The notes beneath the pieces are model-generated. The model worked only from the letters and a program-made list of their open reading frames with translations, ran no database searches and had not been told where the DNA came from. The position numbers and the translations under genes are program-made. A stretch of 64,000 nucleotides of DNA from assembly GCA_965198225.1 (NCBI GenBank), contig CBDAOY010000009.1, forward strand, positions 832,001-896,000. The letters run 5' to 3'. Source of the DNA: Terriglobia bacterium. Its GTDB lineage: Bacteria; Acidobacteriota; Terriglobia; 20CM-2-55-15. Positions 51,227 to 60,840 of the stretch are shown here, piece by piece. Every line of letters begins with the position of its first letter. Position 1 is the first letter of the stretch.

Positions 51227-53050
51227 ATGTCCAGGATCCACGTACTGCCCGATGACGTTCGGAACCAGATTGCGGCCGGCGAGGTGGTGGAGCGTCCGGC
51301 GTCGATCGTCAAGGAACTGATCGAGAACGCGATCGATGCCCGGTCGACCAGGATTTCTGTAGAAGTGCGCGGGGGTGGCCGCCAGTCTATCCGGGTCACG
51401 GACGATGGCGACGGGATCGCTGCCGCCGACGCGGAGCTCTGCTTCCGGCGACACGCAACCAGCAAGCTCCAGACGGCGGACGACCTGTTTGCGATCCAGA
51501 CGCTCGGATTCCGGGGCGAAGCCTTACCTTCGATAGGGTCCGTTTCCCGCGTTCTCCTGGAGACCCAGACGCACCAGGAACCGGTCGGCACTTCTGTGCA
51601 GGTCGCCGCCGGAGAAGTCATCTCCCGGCAGGAAGGAGCCTTCCCCGCGGGAACGCAGATCACCGTCGAAGACGTGTTCTACAACGTCCCGGCCCGGCGC
51701 AAGTTTCTGAAGTCCGAGTCATCCGAGCTCGGCCAGGTCACTACGCATTCAACCCACTATGCCCTGGCGTTTCCTGAGATTCATTTCACGCTCAAGAGCG
51801 GAAACTACGAGGTGTTGTCCACACCGCCTGCCGCAGATGCCAGGGAGCGCGTCTTCCAGGTTTTCGGCCAGGACCTGCTCGACGAACTGGTCGAACATAG
51901 GCAGGACTTCGGGTCTTCGGGAGTGAAGGTTCACCTGTTTACATCGAGGCCCCACGTCCAGAAGTACAACCGCAACTCGATGTTCTTCTTCGTCAACGGG
52001 CGCGCGGTTCGTGACCGGATTATCTTGCACGCCTACAACGAGGCTTACCGAAGCATCCTGCCGTCGGGGACCTTCCCGGTGACCATCCTGTTCGTCGAGG
52101 CGCGGGCCCGGGACATCGACGTGAACGTCCACCCGGCAAAGACGGAAGTGCGGTTCCGCCACGGACCGCTCGTGCACGACGCGATTCGCGACACCGTCCT
52201 GGAAGCGCTGAAATCAGACAAGACGATCATTCCCATGGGCTCTGAAGCGCCGCTTGGGTCACCTTACAAAGCGCCCGCCTTCCAGAGTAAAGTTCCCGAT
52301 TCCTGGAAGAACGGACCGATCGCCACCGAACCTCTCAAGGATTCGCCTGCGCGGCTGACTTTTTCAGATTCCCGAGCGCTGGATCTGAATTTCGAGCAGG
52401 CCCAGACCATCGTAGGAGCCGGTTCCGCCGAATCGGCGCTGGATTCAAGCCTTCCCGATTTCGACCTCGTACAGAAACAGATCCGGCCCCTCGGTCAGCT
52501 CCAGGACAGTTTCATCGTTGCGGTGGACTCGTCCGGTCTCGTTGTCATCGACCAGCACGTGGCTCACGAACGTGTCCTGTTTGAGACGTACCTGAGGGAG
52601 CGGATGGAAGGCAAGATCGATGTCCAACAGTTGCTCATGCCGATTGTGCTGGAAATCAGCCCGCGCCAGGAGGTTATTTACGAGGGCATCGCGCCGGAGT
52701 TGATGCGCAACGGTTTCGAGGTCGAGCCCTTCGGTCCCCGCACCATCGCCGTCAAGACGGCTCCGGCGATCCTGAAGGCGGGCGGCGTCGAGAAACTGCT
52801 TCGAGAACTCCTGGACGGACTGGAAGCAGAGAACAAGAAACTCGATATCGACAGTTTCAGACAAAAAATCGCGGCAACCGTCTCCTGCCATGCCGCAATC
52901 AAGATCAACAATCCGCTGGATAGTGTTAAGATGCGGTGGCTGGTTACGGAGCTGATGAAGACCGATTGCCCGACGGTCTGCCCGCACGGGCGCCCAATCA
53001 TCCTGAGGTACGATCTTCGGGAGATCCAGAAGGCCTTCAAGAGGTCGTGA
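51227..53050 (+). CDS. mutL: DNA mismatch repair endonuclease MutL
   Basis: IAAGEVVERP, GFRGEAL, DQHVAHERVLFE and CPHGRP. Confidence 0.97.
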   Translation: MSRIHVLPDDVRNQIAAGEVVERPASIVKELIENAIDARSTRISVEVRGGGRQSIRVTDDGDGIAAADAELCFRRHATSKLQTADDLFAIQTLGFRGEALPSIGSVSRVLLETQTHQEPVGTSVQVAAGEVISRQEGAFPAGTQITVEDVFYNVPARRKFLKSESSELGQVTTHSTHYALAFPEIHFTLKSGNYEVLSTPPAADARERVFQVFGQDLLDELVEHRQDFGSSGVKVHLFTSRPHVQKYNRNSMFFFVNGRAVRDRIILHAYNEAYRSILPSGTFPVTILFVEARARDIDVNVHPAKTEVRFRHGPLVHDAIRDTVLEALKSDKTIIPMGSEAPLGSPYKAPAFQSKVPDSWKNGPIATEPLKDSPARLTFSDSRALDLNFEQAQTIVGAGSAESALDSSLPDFDLVQKQIRPLGQLQDSFIVAVDSSGLVVIDQHVAHERVLFETYLRERMEGKIDVQQLLMPIVLEISPRQEVIYEGIAPELMRNGFEVEPFGPRTIAVKTAPAILKAGGVEKLLRELLDGLEAENKKLDIDSFRQKIAATVSCHAAIKINNPLDSVKMRWLVTELMKTDCPTVCPHGRPIILRYDLREIQKAFKRS

Positions 53051-53163
53051 CTCAGGCTGAAGAAAGGATGCGACATTTCGGTTTGTCGCCGCCGAGTCGG
53101 TGGCTTTGGTTTAGCAAGCAATCACGATAGTCTCTATATTCAAATCCACTAGGAGGACGCTGT

Positions 53164-53478
53164 ATGGCAGGTAAGTTGACTCAGACTCAGATCATTGCCG
53201 CGCTGGCGGAGAAGGCGAGCGTCAGCAAGAAAGAGGCGAAAGAATTTCTCGGCACGCTTTCAGACCTGGCGCACAAGGAAGCAAAGAAGAACGGCGAGTT
53301 CACTCTTCCCGGCATCGGCAAGCTGGTGAAGCAGAAAAGAAAGGCCCGGATGGGGCGCAACCCGGCAACGGGCGAGGCGATCAAGATTCCTGCCAAGACC
53401 GTTTTGAAATTCCGGATCGCCAAAGCGGCCAAAGATGCGGTTCTCGGTGCTGCCGCCGCTAAGAAAAAGAAGAAGTAG
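53164..53478 (+). CDS. hup: HU-family DNA-binding protein
   Basis: RKARMGRNPATGEAIKIPAK; RBS AGGAGG. Confidence 0.95.
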   Translation: MAGKLTQTQIIAALAEKASVSKKEAKEFLGTLSDLAHKEAKKNGEFTLPGIGKLVKQKRKARMGRNPATGEAIKIPAKTVLKFRIAKAAKDAVLGAAAAKKKKK

Positions 53479-53567
53479 ACCGGCCCTACGTACATGGACG
53501 CGGGAATTTCGACGCTTGCGGGCGGCGACGGCACCCGCGTCCGCTTCTTTCCGAGTAAGCCTAAGGA

Positions 53568-54023
53568 TCAAGCGTCCTGAGGTTGCTCGGGGGGAATCAG
53601 TCCTCCCATGAACCATCCGATGACGGCGGCGACCGCGCCAATCACGGCGTTGACGACGAGACCTCCGGCCCGTATTCCCATCGCCGTCCCGAAACCCACC
53701 GGTCCATCCTGATTCAGAGCCGCCGGATAGTTGAAGTGCGTGTCGCCGATCACATAGGAGAGGCCGGTTCCGAAAAAAATCAGAATCTGCGACGCCAGCG
53801 CGATGAGAATGCCGACCTGTACTGCCCCTCCGATTCCGTAGCCCTTGTAGCGCCGCGCGACCGCAGGCCACAGCAGAGCGAGATGGACTTGCAACGTGAC
53901 CATCGAGAAGAACTGTAGACCCGTTTCGTAGGGCGTTCCAGCCTGGCTCATGATTAGCTTGCCCAGGAAGAAAATCAGCAACAGCAGTGCGGGAACTGTG
54001 ACGAACTGAATTTTCTCTTTCAT
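53568..54023 (-). CDS. hypothetical membrane protein
   Basis: RBS AGGAGG; about four hydrophobic segments. Confidence 0.7.
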   Translation of the reverse strand: MKEKIQFVTVPALLLLIFFLGKLIMSQAGTPYETGLQFFSMVTLQVHLALLWPAVARRYKGYGIGGAVQVGILIALASQILIFFGTGLSYVIGDTHFNYPAALNQDGPVGFGTAMGIRAGGLVVNAVIGAVAAVIGWFMGGLIPPEQPQDA

Positions 54024-54384
54024 CTGCGTTCCTCCTGGCGTGGATTGTATGCCAGCACGAAGCCGGTAGGGAACCGCGAAGAGACCGGCTATGGTCGATG
54101 TCGGACACGTGAAGGAGCGGTCGTCTCGCGACCCGGTCCGTTGATGCGGGGCAGCGCGCTCTCAAAAGAGCAAGGTTCTTGCAGAAACGTTAGGGGTCTG
54201 ATCGCAAATCGTATATTTGAACAATCCGCATCGCAGGCACCCTTGGGACGCGTGGGCCTCGATCAATGACAACTCCAGCAATTCCAATATCCAACTTCAA
54301 ATGCGGATTCGTCCAATGGCCAAATCTTAAATCACTCTTGGCAGGAGCGGGATCTCCGGGCTCACTCAAGACCGCAATCCCAAC

Positions 54385-54413
54385 AAAAAAGACGACCCTC
54401 GAGGCCGTCTTCA
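54385..54413 (-). terminator. intrinsic terminator
   Basis: minus strand GAAGACGGCC-TCGA-GGGTCGTCTTTTTT. Confidence 0.6.
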
Positions 54414-54472
54414 ATAAACGTCGAATCGGTGCTATCCGTCCGGGCTATTCCACCTAGTTGGTGGATTCTCGC

Positions 54473-54663
54473 TCAGTTCCTTCGATCTGCCTTCGCGGAC
54501 TTCCAGTTGTGGAAATCGGATCCCAGGATAAAGAACTTCCGGCCAATTCGCATCGTCGGGATGCCGTCCTCCTCGATGATGCGGCGGAAGTGCCTGATGG
54601 AAAAGCCCGCCAATGACGCCGCTGTAGGTCCGCGTTGTTTGTAGGGGTCGCCTCTTTGAGCAT
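54473..54663 (-). pseudogene. small excisionase/MerR-like HTH protein, frameshifted
   Basis: strong RBS and ATG at 54663 (MLKEATP...), but the HTH AASLAGFSIRHFRRII...RIGRKFFI is in another frame. Confidence 0.55.
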
Positions 54664-55070
54664 CGCGCCGCCTCCTTTTCTCCCCTCCCCAGAGCAAGTC
54701 GTCTTCCAGACCCGGGCCGGGTTTCGGGTTCGAGAGAGTCGTGACGAAAGGTGGCGCCAGTGGCCGGGCTGGCCAGGATCGACGGGAGCGATCGGCAGGC
54801 CGGGCAGATAACGAAATCGAGGCACGCCCGTGCGAACGTCTCGAAATCACGTCCGTGCAGCCCTGCAAGTTATTCAGCCGATTGCCACAGGCCGTGCCCG
54901 ACCTGTTCGCTAAGGGCGTCGCCGGTGGTGTTCGGTTGGCGTTGCTCGGTTTCTGATGGCAAGGCGTCCGAGCTTCTGCTCAGTTAGAGAGCCGCGTTCG
55001 CACGAAAGCCGGCCTTATGGCTCCAGGCACGTGTGGGCGAGTCGGTCAATTCGATGACGATAGGGGTTGG

Positions 55071-55210
55071 AGGGAGTGTCAGGAAACTGAACAGTTTTTC
55101 CGGGGGGCGTCGCCCGTCCCGAGGGGGAGGGTCGGCCGAGAGTTGGAGTTTCTCGGCTTTCTCCGAGGGGGTCCGAGCGGAAACGAGAGTTGGAGTTTCT
55201 CGACAGCTTT
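55071..55210. mobile_element. possible MITE/IS remnant
   Basis: ends TGTCAGGAAACT and TGTCGAGAAACT (reverse complement); internal 19-bp direct repeat at 55137 and 55184. Confidence 0.45.
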
Positions 55211-56320
55211 CGAAATCTGGATCGATTCGAATCGTGCGGCCCGGTCGTTACCCAGCGCCAACTCGATGCTACCGAGATGAAACTGTGCGCCGGCCAGGTA
55301 TTCGTGGTTCCGCGCGAAGAGGACCCTTCGGAACAACTCCCTCGCTTCCCGAAGCTGACCGCTTCTTTCCAGAGTGGACGCCGTGTCGTACAGGGCCAGC
55401 GGCGAGTTGGAGCGGCCCGGCGCCTGTCGAATGCTGCTGATCTTCTGGAGTTCCTCCTGCGCGCCTTTCAGGAAGTAGTGTCTGTACACGTCCGAGAAAG
55501 CCTGCGCGGTGTCGTCGTCCAGCGTCGAGGTGGGGTCGGACTCCAGTATTTCGAGCCGTTCTACAGTCCGCGAGATTGAATCGGTGAGTTTTTCGTTCCG
55601 CAAGATTGCATCGATGTCGCCCAATTCCGGAGTGTGGTTCGGGAAACTGGAGTGGAGGTAGACGGCAGATTTCCCTTCTTCGAGCTCCCGGTGAATCAGG
55701 TCCAGGACCTCCATCGACTTGTGGTGATAGCCGACGGCCAGGGGGTGCAACCGAACCTCGAACCCCTTCCGCTTCAACCGCAGTCCCAGTTCAACGTCTT
55801 CGAGCCCGTAATGCGTAAAGCCTTCGTCAAACCCGCCGTTCTCGAGCACCAACGGCTTCCACAGGATTGTGTTTCCCGTCGATAGGTTCGCCAGAGGTTG
55901 AGGCTGATCCCCGGCCAGATCGCGGAACGGTCCGTGCTTTTCCAGCCAGTCCATGGTCAGTGTACGTCCGAGTTCTGGATCCCAGACCACGCGTCCGACG
56001 ATCGCACCCTTACGGTTCTTCCATTTTCGAAACGCGAATGCCAGCTCTTCGACCATCGACGGGGTAGCGTAGATGTCGTCATCCAGAATCAGGACGGTTT
56101 CGTGTAGCGCCTTGTGTAATCCGGTGTTGACGGTGGCGGCGCGTCCCCGGTTGCTCCCGTGCCGAACGAGGCGGACATGGTCAGGGCACTCGACCCGCAC
56201 CAGGGAACCATCGTCGACGACGATGACGTCGGCGTCAGGGTAGTTCAGGTGCTCCAGGCACTGCGAGATACTGCCGTTCCTGTTATAGGTCGGGATGATG
56301 ATGCTCAGTTCGGTGCTCAT
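55079..56320 (-). CDS. GT2 glycosyltransferase with C-terminal TPR (3' end probably altered)
   Basis: SIIIPTYNR, VDDGS, LDDD and GFDE.F..YG.ED. Confidence 0.82.
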   Translation of the reverse strand: MSTELSIIIPTYNRNGSISQCLEHLNYPDADVIVVDDGSLVRVECPDHVRLVRHGSNRGRAATVNTGLHKALHETVLILDDDIYATPSMVEELAFAFRKWKNRKGAIVGRVVWDPELGRTLTMDWLEKHGPFRDLAGDQPQPLANLSTGNTILWKPLVLENGGFDEGFTHYGLEDVELGLRLKRKGFEVRLHPLAVGYHHKSMEVLDLIHRELEEGKSAVYLHSSFPNHTPELGDIDAILRNEKLTDSISRTVERLEILESDPTSTLDDDTAQAFSDVYRHYFLKGAQEELQKISSIRQAPGRSNSPLALYDTASTLERSGQLREARELFRRVLFARNHEYLAGAQFHLGSIELALGNDRAARFESIQISKAVEKLQLSFPLGPPRRKPRNSNSRPTLPLGTGDAPRKNCSVS

Positions 56321-56476
56321 GGCGGTTGGATCCGCAGCATGTATCGCAACCGACGGTCCAAACACCCAGGCCTTGCTTTTCAGTGGATTGCAACGATCTG
56401 CTGCCCGCTCAGGTCCATAGATTTGACGGTGTCCCGGTTTCGGTGACCGGCAGCCGTCACCGGTCCGCCCAGGGGC

Positions 56477-57775
56477 TCACGTTCGGAAGGAATCAGCCTT
56501 GAGTCGCTCTAGAGCGTGCAATGCCTCTCGGTGCCCCGGCTCCCGCTGGAGCACGCTCTCGAACTGGCCCGTCGCACCATCCCGATCACCCAAGGCTTCC
56601 AACGTCATGGCCAGGTAGAATCGCGCGCTGAGATCCAGACCCGGAAATAGATGTGAGGCGCCCAGCAGAAAGCGGAGTTCGGTCGATGCCTGCCCGAGGT
56701 GACCGTCGCGGAACAGCTCTTTCGCCCTCTGCAGTTGACGCAGAATGAGCGCCTCCACTTCGGAGGTCGGTTTCTTGAATCCCCTGAAGACAGCCTTTGG
56801 GATCTGGCCGCTCCGGTTGAGATAGTGGGCCAGCACCACCTGCTCGTTCCTTCCGCTCTGGAAGTGGCGGACGGCTTCTTCTACCTCTTCCGCGACCTCT
56901 CGCGCCTCTTCTCGAAGGCTGGCCAAGAGGACGGCGAGATCCTCGGCGAAGGCGTCCCGAACGAGAATGGTCGTCAGCTCACCGTAGACGGATGCCCGGC
57001 TGCGTCTTGTCCGATTCGAAAGCCACGACACCACCTTTGGAAGACCGTGTTTCTCGAGGAAGTGTCGTTTGGCGATCAGGGCTAGTTCGGTCGTGTAGCC
57101 GCGGGCGTGGATGTCGGGTTTCGAATCGTGAACCCGGGAATCATGCAAGGGCTCTTCCAGGAGTGCAACTTCGCTTCGCATTGCTATTTCGAGCCAGAGC
57201 AGGTAGTCGGATACCTTCCCCAAGTCGGGCAGCCTGTCGTCGTTTTCCAGCAACGGACCGATGGCGTCGAGGAGTTCTCTTCTCACGAGGACCGTTCCCG
57301 CGTTGATGAAGTTGCCTGCCAGCAGGCGGAAGAACGCGCGCTCGCCGGTGCAGTTCTCCGGAACCGTGACGGAGTGAGTCGCCCCGGCCTGGTCGATGTG
57401 CCTGTAGGCGGTGTGGACCATGCCTGCCGCCGGCCGGTCTTCCATCACCCGGACCATGGTCCCCAGGCATTCCCGCCGACAACGACCGGCGGCGTTCATC
57501 CAGCTGAAGTATTGGCCCCGCATCGCCCGGATGCCCACATTGACTGCTCGAGAAGAGGTGGCCGGGCCATCGTGCAGACGGATCAGTCGAACCTTCTCGG
57601 GAAGTCGGCTGACGTACCTGCCGGCGATGCCGAGGGAGTCGTCTGTGGATGTGTCGTCCACGATGATGACTTCCCACTCCTCAAAAGACTGCGAGAGTAC
57701 GCTGTCCAGGCATTCAGAGAGAAAATGACCGCGGTTGTAGTTTGGTAGGACGATCGATACGACTGGCGTTCTCAT
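56477..57775 (-). CDS. GT2 glycosyltransferase with C-terminal TPR
   Basis: VSIVLPNYN, VDDTSTD and a TPR-like tail; the DXD position reads NAA. Confidence 0.8.
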   Translation of the reverse strand: MRTPVVSIVLPNYNRGHFLSECLDSVLSQSFEEWEVIIVDDTSTDDSLGIAGRYVSRLPEKVRLIRLHDGPATSSRAVNVGIRAMRGQYFSWMNAAGRCRRECLGTMVRVMEDRPAAGMVHTAYRHIDQAGATHSVTVPENCTGERAFFRLLAGNFINAGTVLVRRELLDAIGPLLENDDRLPDLGKVSDYLLWLEIAMRSEVALLEEPLHDSRVHDSKPDIHARGYTTELALIAKRHFLEKHGLPKVVSWLSNRTRRSRASVYGELTTILVRDAFAEDLAVLLASLREEAREVAEEVEEAVRHFQSGRNEQVVLAHYLNRSGQIPKAVFRGFKKPTSEVEALILRQLQRAKELFRDGHLGQASTELRFLLGASHLFPGLDLSARFYLAMTLEALGDRDGATGQFESVLQREPGHREALHALERLKADSFRT

Positions 57776-58044
57776 GATGTCGCTTCAGTTTCGGGATTCA
57801 GACACGCTTACGGCGTGCTAGTGGCGATACGGGAGTCGGAGCTGTACCCACTATCCCGAATCTCCCGCATCACATCAGCAGCTTCAATTCCAAAGCGCAG
57901 CGGAAAACAATAATCGAACCATAAATAGTCGTTTCGACAACGCGTTGAGGCCGTTCTCCGCAGGCGGACCAAAACATGACGACTAAGTCGCTAGCGCTGG
58001 GAGAGGGCAAATGCTGACCGCTGACGGCGTGGACCACCCACAGT

Positions 58045-58073
58045 TTGACACCTCCGGATTGTGCTCCTATCCT
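58045..58073 (+). promoter_or_regulatory. sigma70 promoter, probably leaderless
   Basis: TTGACA-N17-TATCCT-N6-ATG. Confidence 0.65.
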
Positions 58074-58079
58074 CACTCT

Positions 58080-59003
58080 ATGTTGCCGATTCCACCGGCT
58101 CTCGAAGTCGCATCGCTTTCGAAGACCTACCGCCGATGGTGGTCGAGAAAGGGCGTGCGTGCCCTCGACGATGTCAACTTGACGATTGAGCGGGGGTCGA
58201 TCTTCGGCCTGCTCGGCCCGAACGGTGCCGGAAAGACATCCCTGATCAAGATCGCGTTGACGATTGCGCGTCCTACCAGCGGTCGGGTGCGACTATTGGG
58301 CGAAGACACACGCAACCGGTCGGTTTTTCGCCGGGTGGGTTACCTCCCGGAAAACCCACGATTTCCAACCCACCTTAGCGCCAACAACGTGCTGCGTCTG
58401 TATGGAAGCATGAGTGGCCGCGACATGGCCTACATCCGCGAGAAGGGGCCGGAATGGCTCGAACGGGTTGGTCTGAGCGGCTGGGAGCGGACCAAGGTCG
58501 CGAAGTTTTCCAAGGGAATGGTCGAGCGCCTGGCGTTCGCTCAGGCCGTGATTCACGACCCGGACCTGATCTTCCTGGACGAGCCGACCGATGGCCTGGA
58601 CCCGGTTGGTCGGATGGAGATCCGGAAGATTTGTCGTGAACTCGCCGATCAAGGAAAGACTGTCTTCATCAACTCGCATATCCTGGCCGAAATCGAGATG
58701 GTTTGCGACCGGGTCGCGCTGATGAAGCACGGGCGCATCGTCGACGTCGGTACGGTTTCGGAGTTCACATCGGGCGGGGAGGCCTACGAGGTTACGGTGG
58801 CGGCCGATGATGGTTTGAAGGTGTGGTTCCAGACCCAGGATCTGGAGTACACGTCCACCAACGGTCGTCTTCATGTGACGCTCGCCGACCGGAGTTCAGC
58901 AAATCAGCTCATCGATGCCCTGAGGAGGCGGGGGGTTGAGATCGATTCCGTGCGGCCGCGGAGCAAGACGCTCGAATCGGTGTTTCTGGAAAGGGTCGGC
59001 TGA
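58080..59003 (+). CDS. ABC-2 type ATP-binding protein
   Basis: GPNGAGKT, FSKGM and LDEPTDGLDP. Confidence 0.93.
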   Translation: MLPIPPALEVASLSKTYRRWWSRKGVRALDDVNLTIERGSIFGLLGPNGAGKTSLIKIALTIARPTSGRVRLLGEDTRNRSVFRRVGYLPENPRFPTHLSANNVLRLYGSMSGRDMAYIREKGPEWLERVGLSGWERTKVAKFSKGMVERLAFAQAVIHDPDLIFLDEPTDGLDPVGRMEIRKICRELADQGKTVFINSHILAEIEMVCDRVALMKHGRIVDVGTVSEFTSGGEAYEVTVAADDGLKVWFQTQDLEYTSTNGRLHVTLADRSSANQLIDALRRRGVEIDSVRPRSKTLESVFLERVG

Positions 59004-59836
59004 TGTGGATGCCACTCAAACCAGGGGTGTTTCTCGATACGTTCGAGGAGTCGTTCCGGAACAAAATGTTCCTGTTCTTCTTCGTGATTTCATCGCTGAT
59101 CATCGGCTCCATCGGCCTGGCGCTGAACATGGACATCGTCACCGGAGCAATCACCGGGGTGACGTTCTTCGGAGAGGAACTCGAAATCCCTCGGATGACG
59201 GTTCAGCAGTTCATCAACGCGGTACAGGCCGGTCTGGCTACGTTGATTGCCACCATCGGCCTCTTTCTGGCTCTGATGGCGACGGCGACGCTGTTCCCGC
59301 TGATGCTTCAGAAGGGCAGCGTTGAGTTGATTCTCTGCAGGCCCGCGCCGCGGTGGCGGCTTTTGCTGGCCCGGTTCGTCGGAGGGACCGCCATCATGGC
59401 GTTGAACGCCGCCTACCTGATGGTCGGTGTCTGGCTCGTCCTCGGTTACAAGTCGGGGATCTGGAATACCGGGTTTCCGAAGTCGACGATCTTCATCGTT
59501 CTGGCGTTTGTCTTTCTGTACTCTGCCGTGATGGCGTTCTCGGTGATGACGGAAAACGGTTCCGTGGGACTGCTGGCAGGGTACGCCATCCTGATGTTTT
59601 CGCCGATCCTTGCCGCCCACGAACGGATCACCCCGGTGTTCTCAAAGGAACTTTACCGGGACATGTTTCGTTCTCTGTATTGGGTGCTGCCCAAGGTGGC
59701 CGAGCTGATTGGGGCGGTCCGGGGTGTTATCGCCGGCACGCCTCTGGAGATCGAAATGGTACTGGCGACCTCCGCGCTGTTCGCCGCCGGTTGTTTTTCT
59801 GTCACGATGATATACTTCACGAGAAGAGACTATTAG
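59003..59836 (+). CDS. ABC-2 type permease
   Basis: six TM helices, G..EL.L.RP..R, terminal RRDY; TGATG coupling. Confidence 0.85.
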   Translation: MWMPLKPGVFLDTFEESFRNKMFLFFFVISSLIIGSIGLALNMDIVTGAITGVTFFGEELEIPRMTVQQFINAVQAGLATLIATIGLFLALMATATLFPLMLQKGSVELILCRPAPRWRLLLARFVGGTAIMALNAAYLMVGVWLVLGYKSGIWNTGFPKSTIFIVLAFVFLYSAVMAFSVMTENGSVGLLAGYAILMFSPILAAHERITPVFSKELYRDMFRSLYWVLPKVAELIGAVRGVIAGTPLEIEMVLATSALFAAGCFSVTMIYFTRRDY

Positions 59837-59850
59837 TTGAGGTTCCTGCC

Positions 59851-60774
59851 ATGAAATGGGTTATCGGTGTCTTCGCCCTTGCGGCAACGATCGCCGTCGT
59901 CGCCGGCTTTCCGGGCGCCACAGCCGAGGCGGTCAGTCCGGATGAAGAGTTATTGAAGCTTTTCCCCGCTGACACCGATGGTGTCGGGTTCATCGACGTA
60001 GCCGAGCTGCGTGACAACCCGCTGGTAGACGACCTGGTCCAGACCCGGCTGAGAGGCCGCGCCCGGCGCGGCCTGGACGAATTCACTGAGCGAACAGGTC
60101 TCGATCCGATTAGAGATCTGGAACAGGTGATGGTCGGGCGCACGGGACGGGATAGCTTTCTGGTCGTCGCCCGCGCGAGCTATGACGCCGTTCGCGTCTC
60201 GCAGTTTTTCGGCGACCGGGATGTCGTTTCCGAAGCGTATCTCGGCCGAACCATGTACAGGCCCCAAGCGGATGACGACTGGGTCGTGTCTTTCATCGAC
60301 GACCTTGTTCTGGGAGGTTCGGACGATGCCGTTCGAGGGGCTATCGACCGGCTGGCCGCTCCCGATTCCAGCGCCCTGGACAACCAGTCGCTCGTCGACG
60401 CGATCTCCTCGATCGACGACGGAAACCAGGTTTGGGCCGTGGGAGCCTTTTCGTTGCTGCTTCCGGCCGGGATTGCTCCGCCCATGGCGACAGATCTGGT
60501 CGATTCACTCGAGCGTGGCACCTACCAGATGAGGCTCGACACGGCTTTGACGGCGCGTGCCATCGGAGATTTTTCGAGTCCCGAGATGGCACGGAGGACC
60601 ACGGATTTATTGCGCGGTTTTATCGCTCTCGGCAAGATGCAGGCCGTCGAGCGTATGGAGCTGATCGAACTGCTCGACGGAGTCGCGATCGATGCCGTGG
60701 ACTCTTCCGTACACATCAATTTTGAGGCGGACGGAGAACTGCTCCGGCGGTTGGGCGATGTAGCGGAACAGTAA
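59851..60774 (+). CDS. hypothetical exported protein
   Basis: RBS GAGG and signal peptide MKWVIGVFALAATIAVVAG; operon position. Confidence 0.75.
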   Translation: MKWVIGVFALAATIAVVAGFPGATAEAVSPDEELLKLFPADTDGVGFIDVAELRDNPLVDDLVQTRLRGRARRGLDEFTERTGLDPIRDLEQVMVGRTGRDSFLVVARASYDAVRVSQFFGDRDVVSEAYLGRTMYRPQADDDWVVSFIDDLVLGGSDDAVRGAIDRLAAPDSSALDNQSLVDAISSIDDGNQVWAVGAFSLLLPAGIAPPMATDLVDSLERGTYQMRLDTALTARAIGDFSSPEMARRTTDLLRGFIALGKMQAVERMELIELLDGVAIDAVDSSVHINFEADGELLRRLGDVAEQ

Positions 60775-60790
60775 GGGTCACGTACCTAAG

Positions 60791-60823
60791 AAAAGGGGCG
60801 CTCGTACGAGCGCCCCTTTTTTT
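60791..60823 (+). terminator. intrinsic terminator
   Basis: AAAAGGGGCGCTCGT-ACGAGCGCCCCTTTTTTT. Confidence 0.8.
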
Positions 60824-60840
60824 GGTTTTTGAGTAACGTG

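Noticed and set aside
59353-59850. N-terminal extension of the 473-aa ORF (and of HtrA from 19843)
   Set aside because: Overlaps the upstream genes; the real starts are marked by signal peptides further downstream
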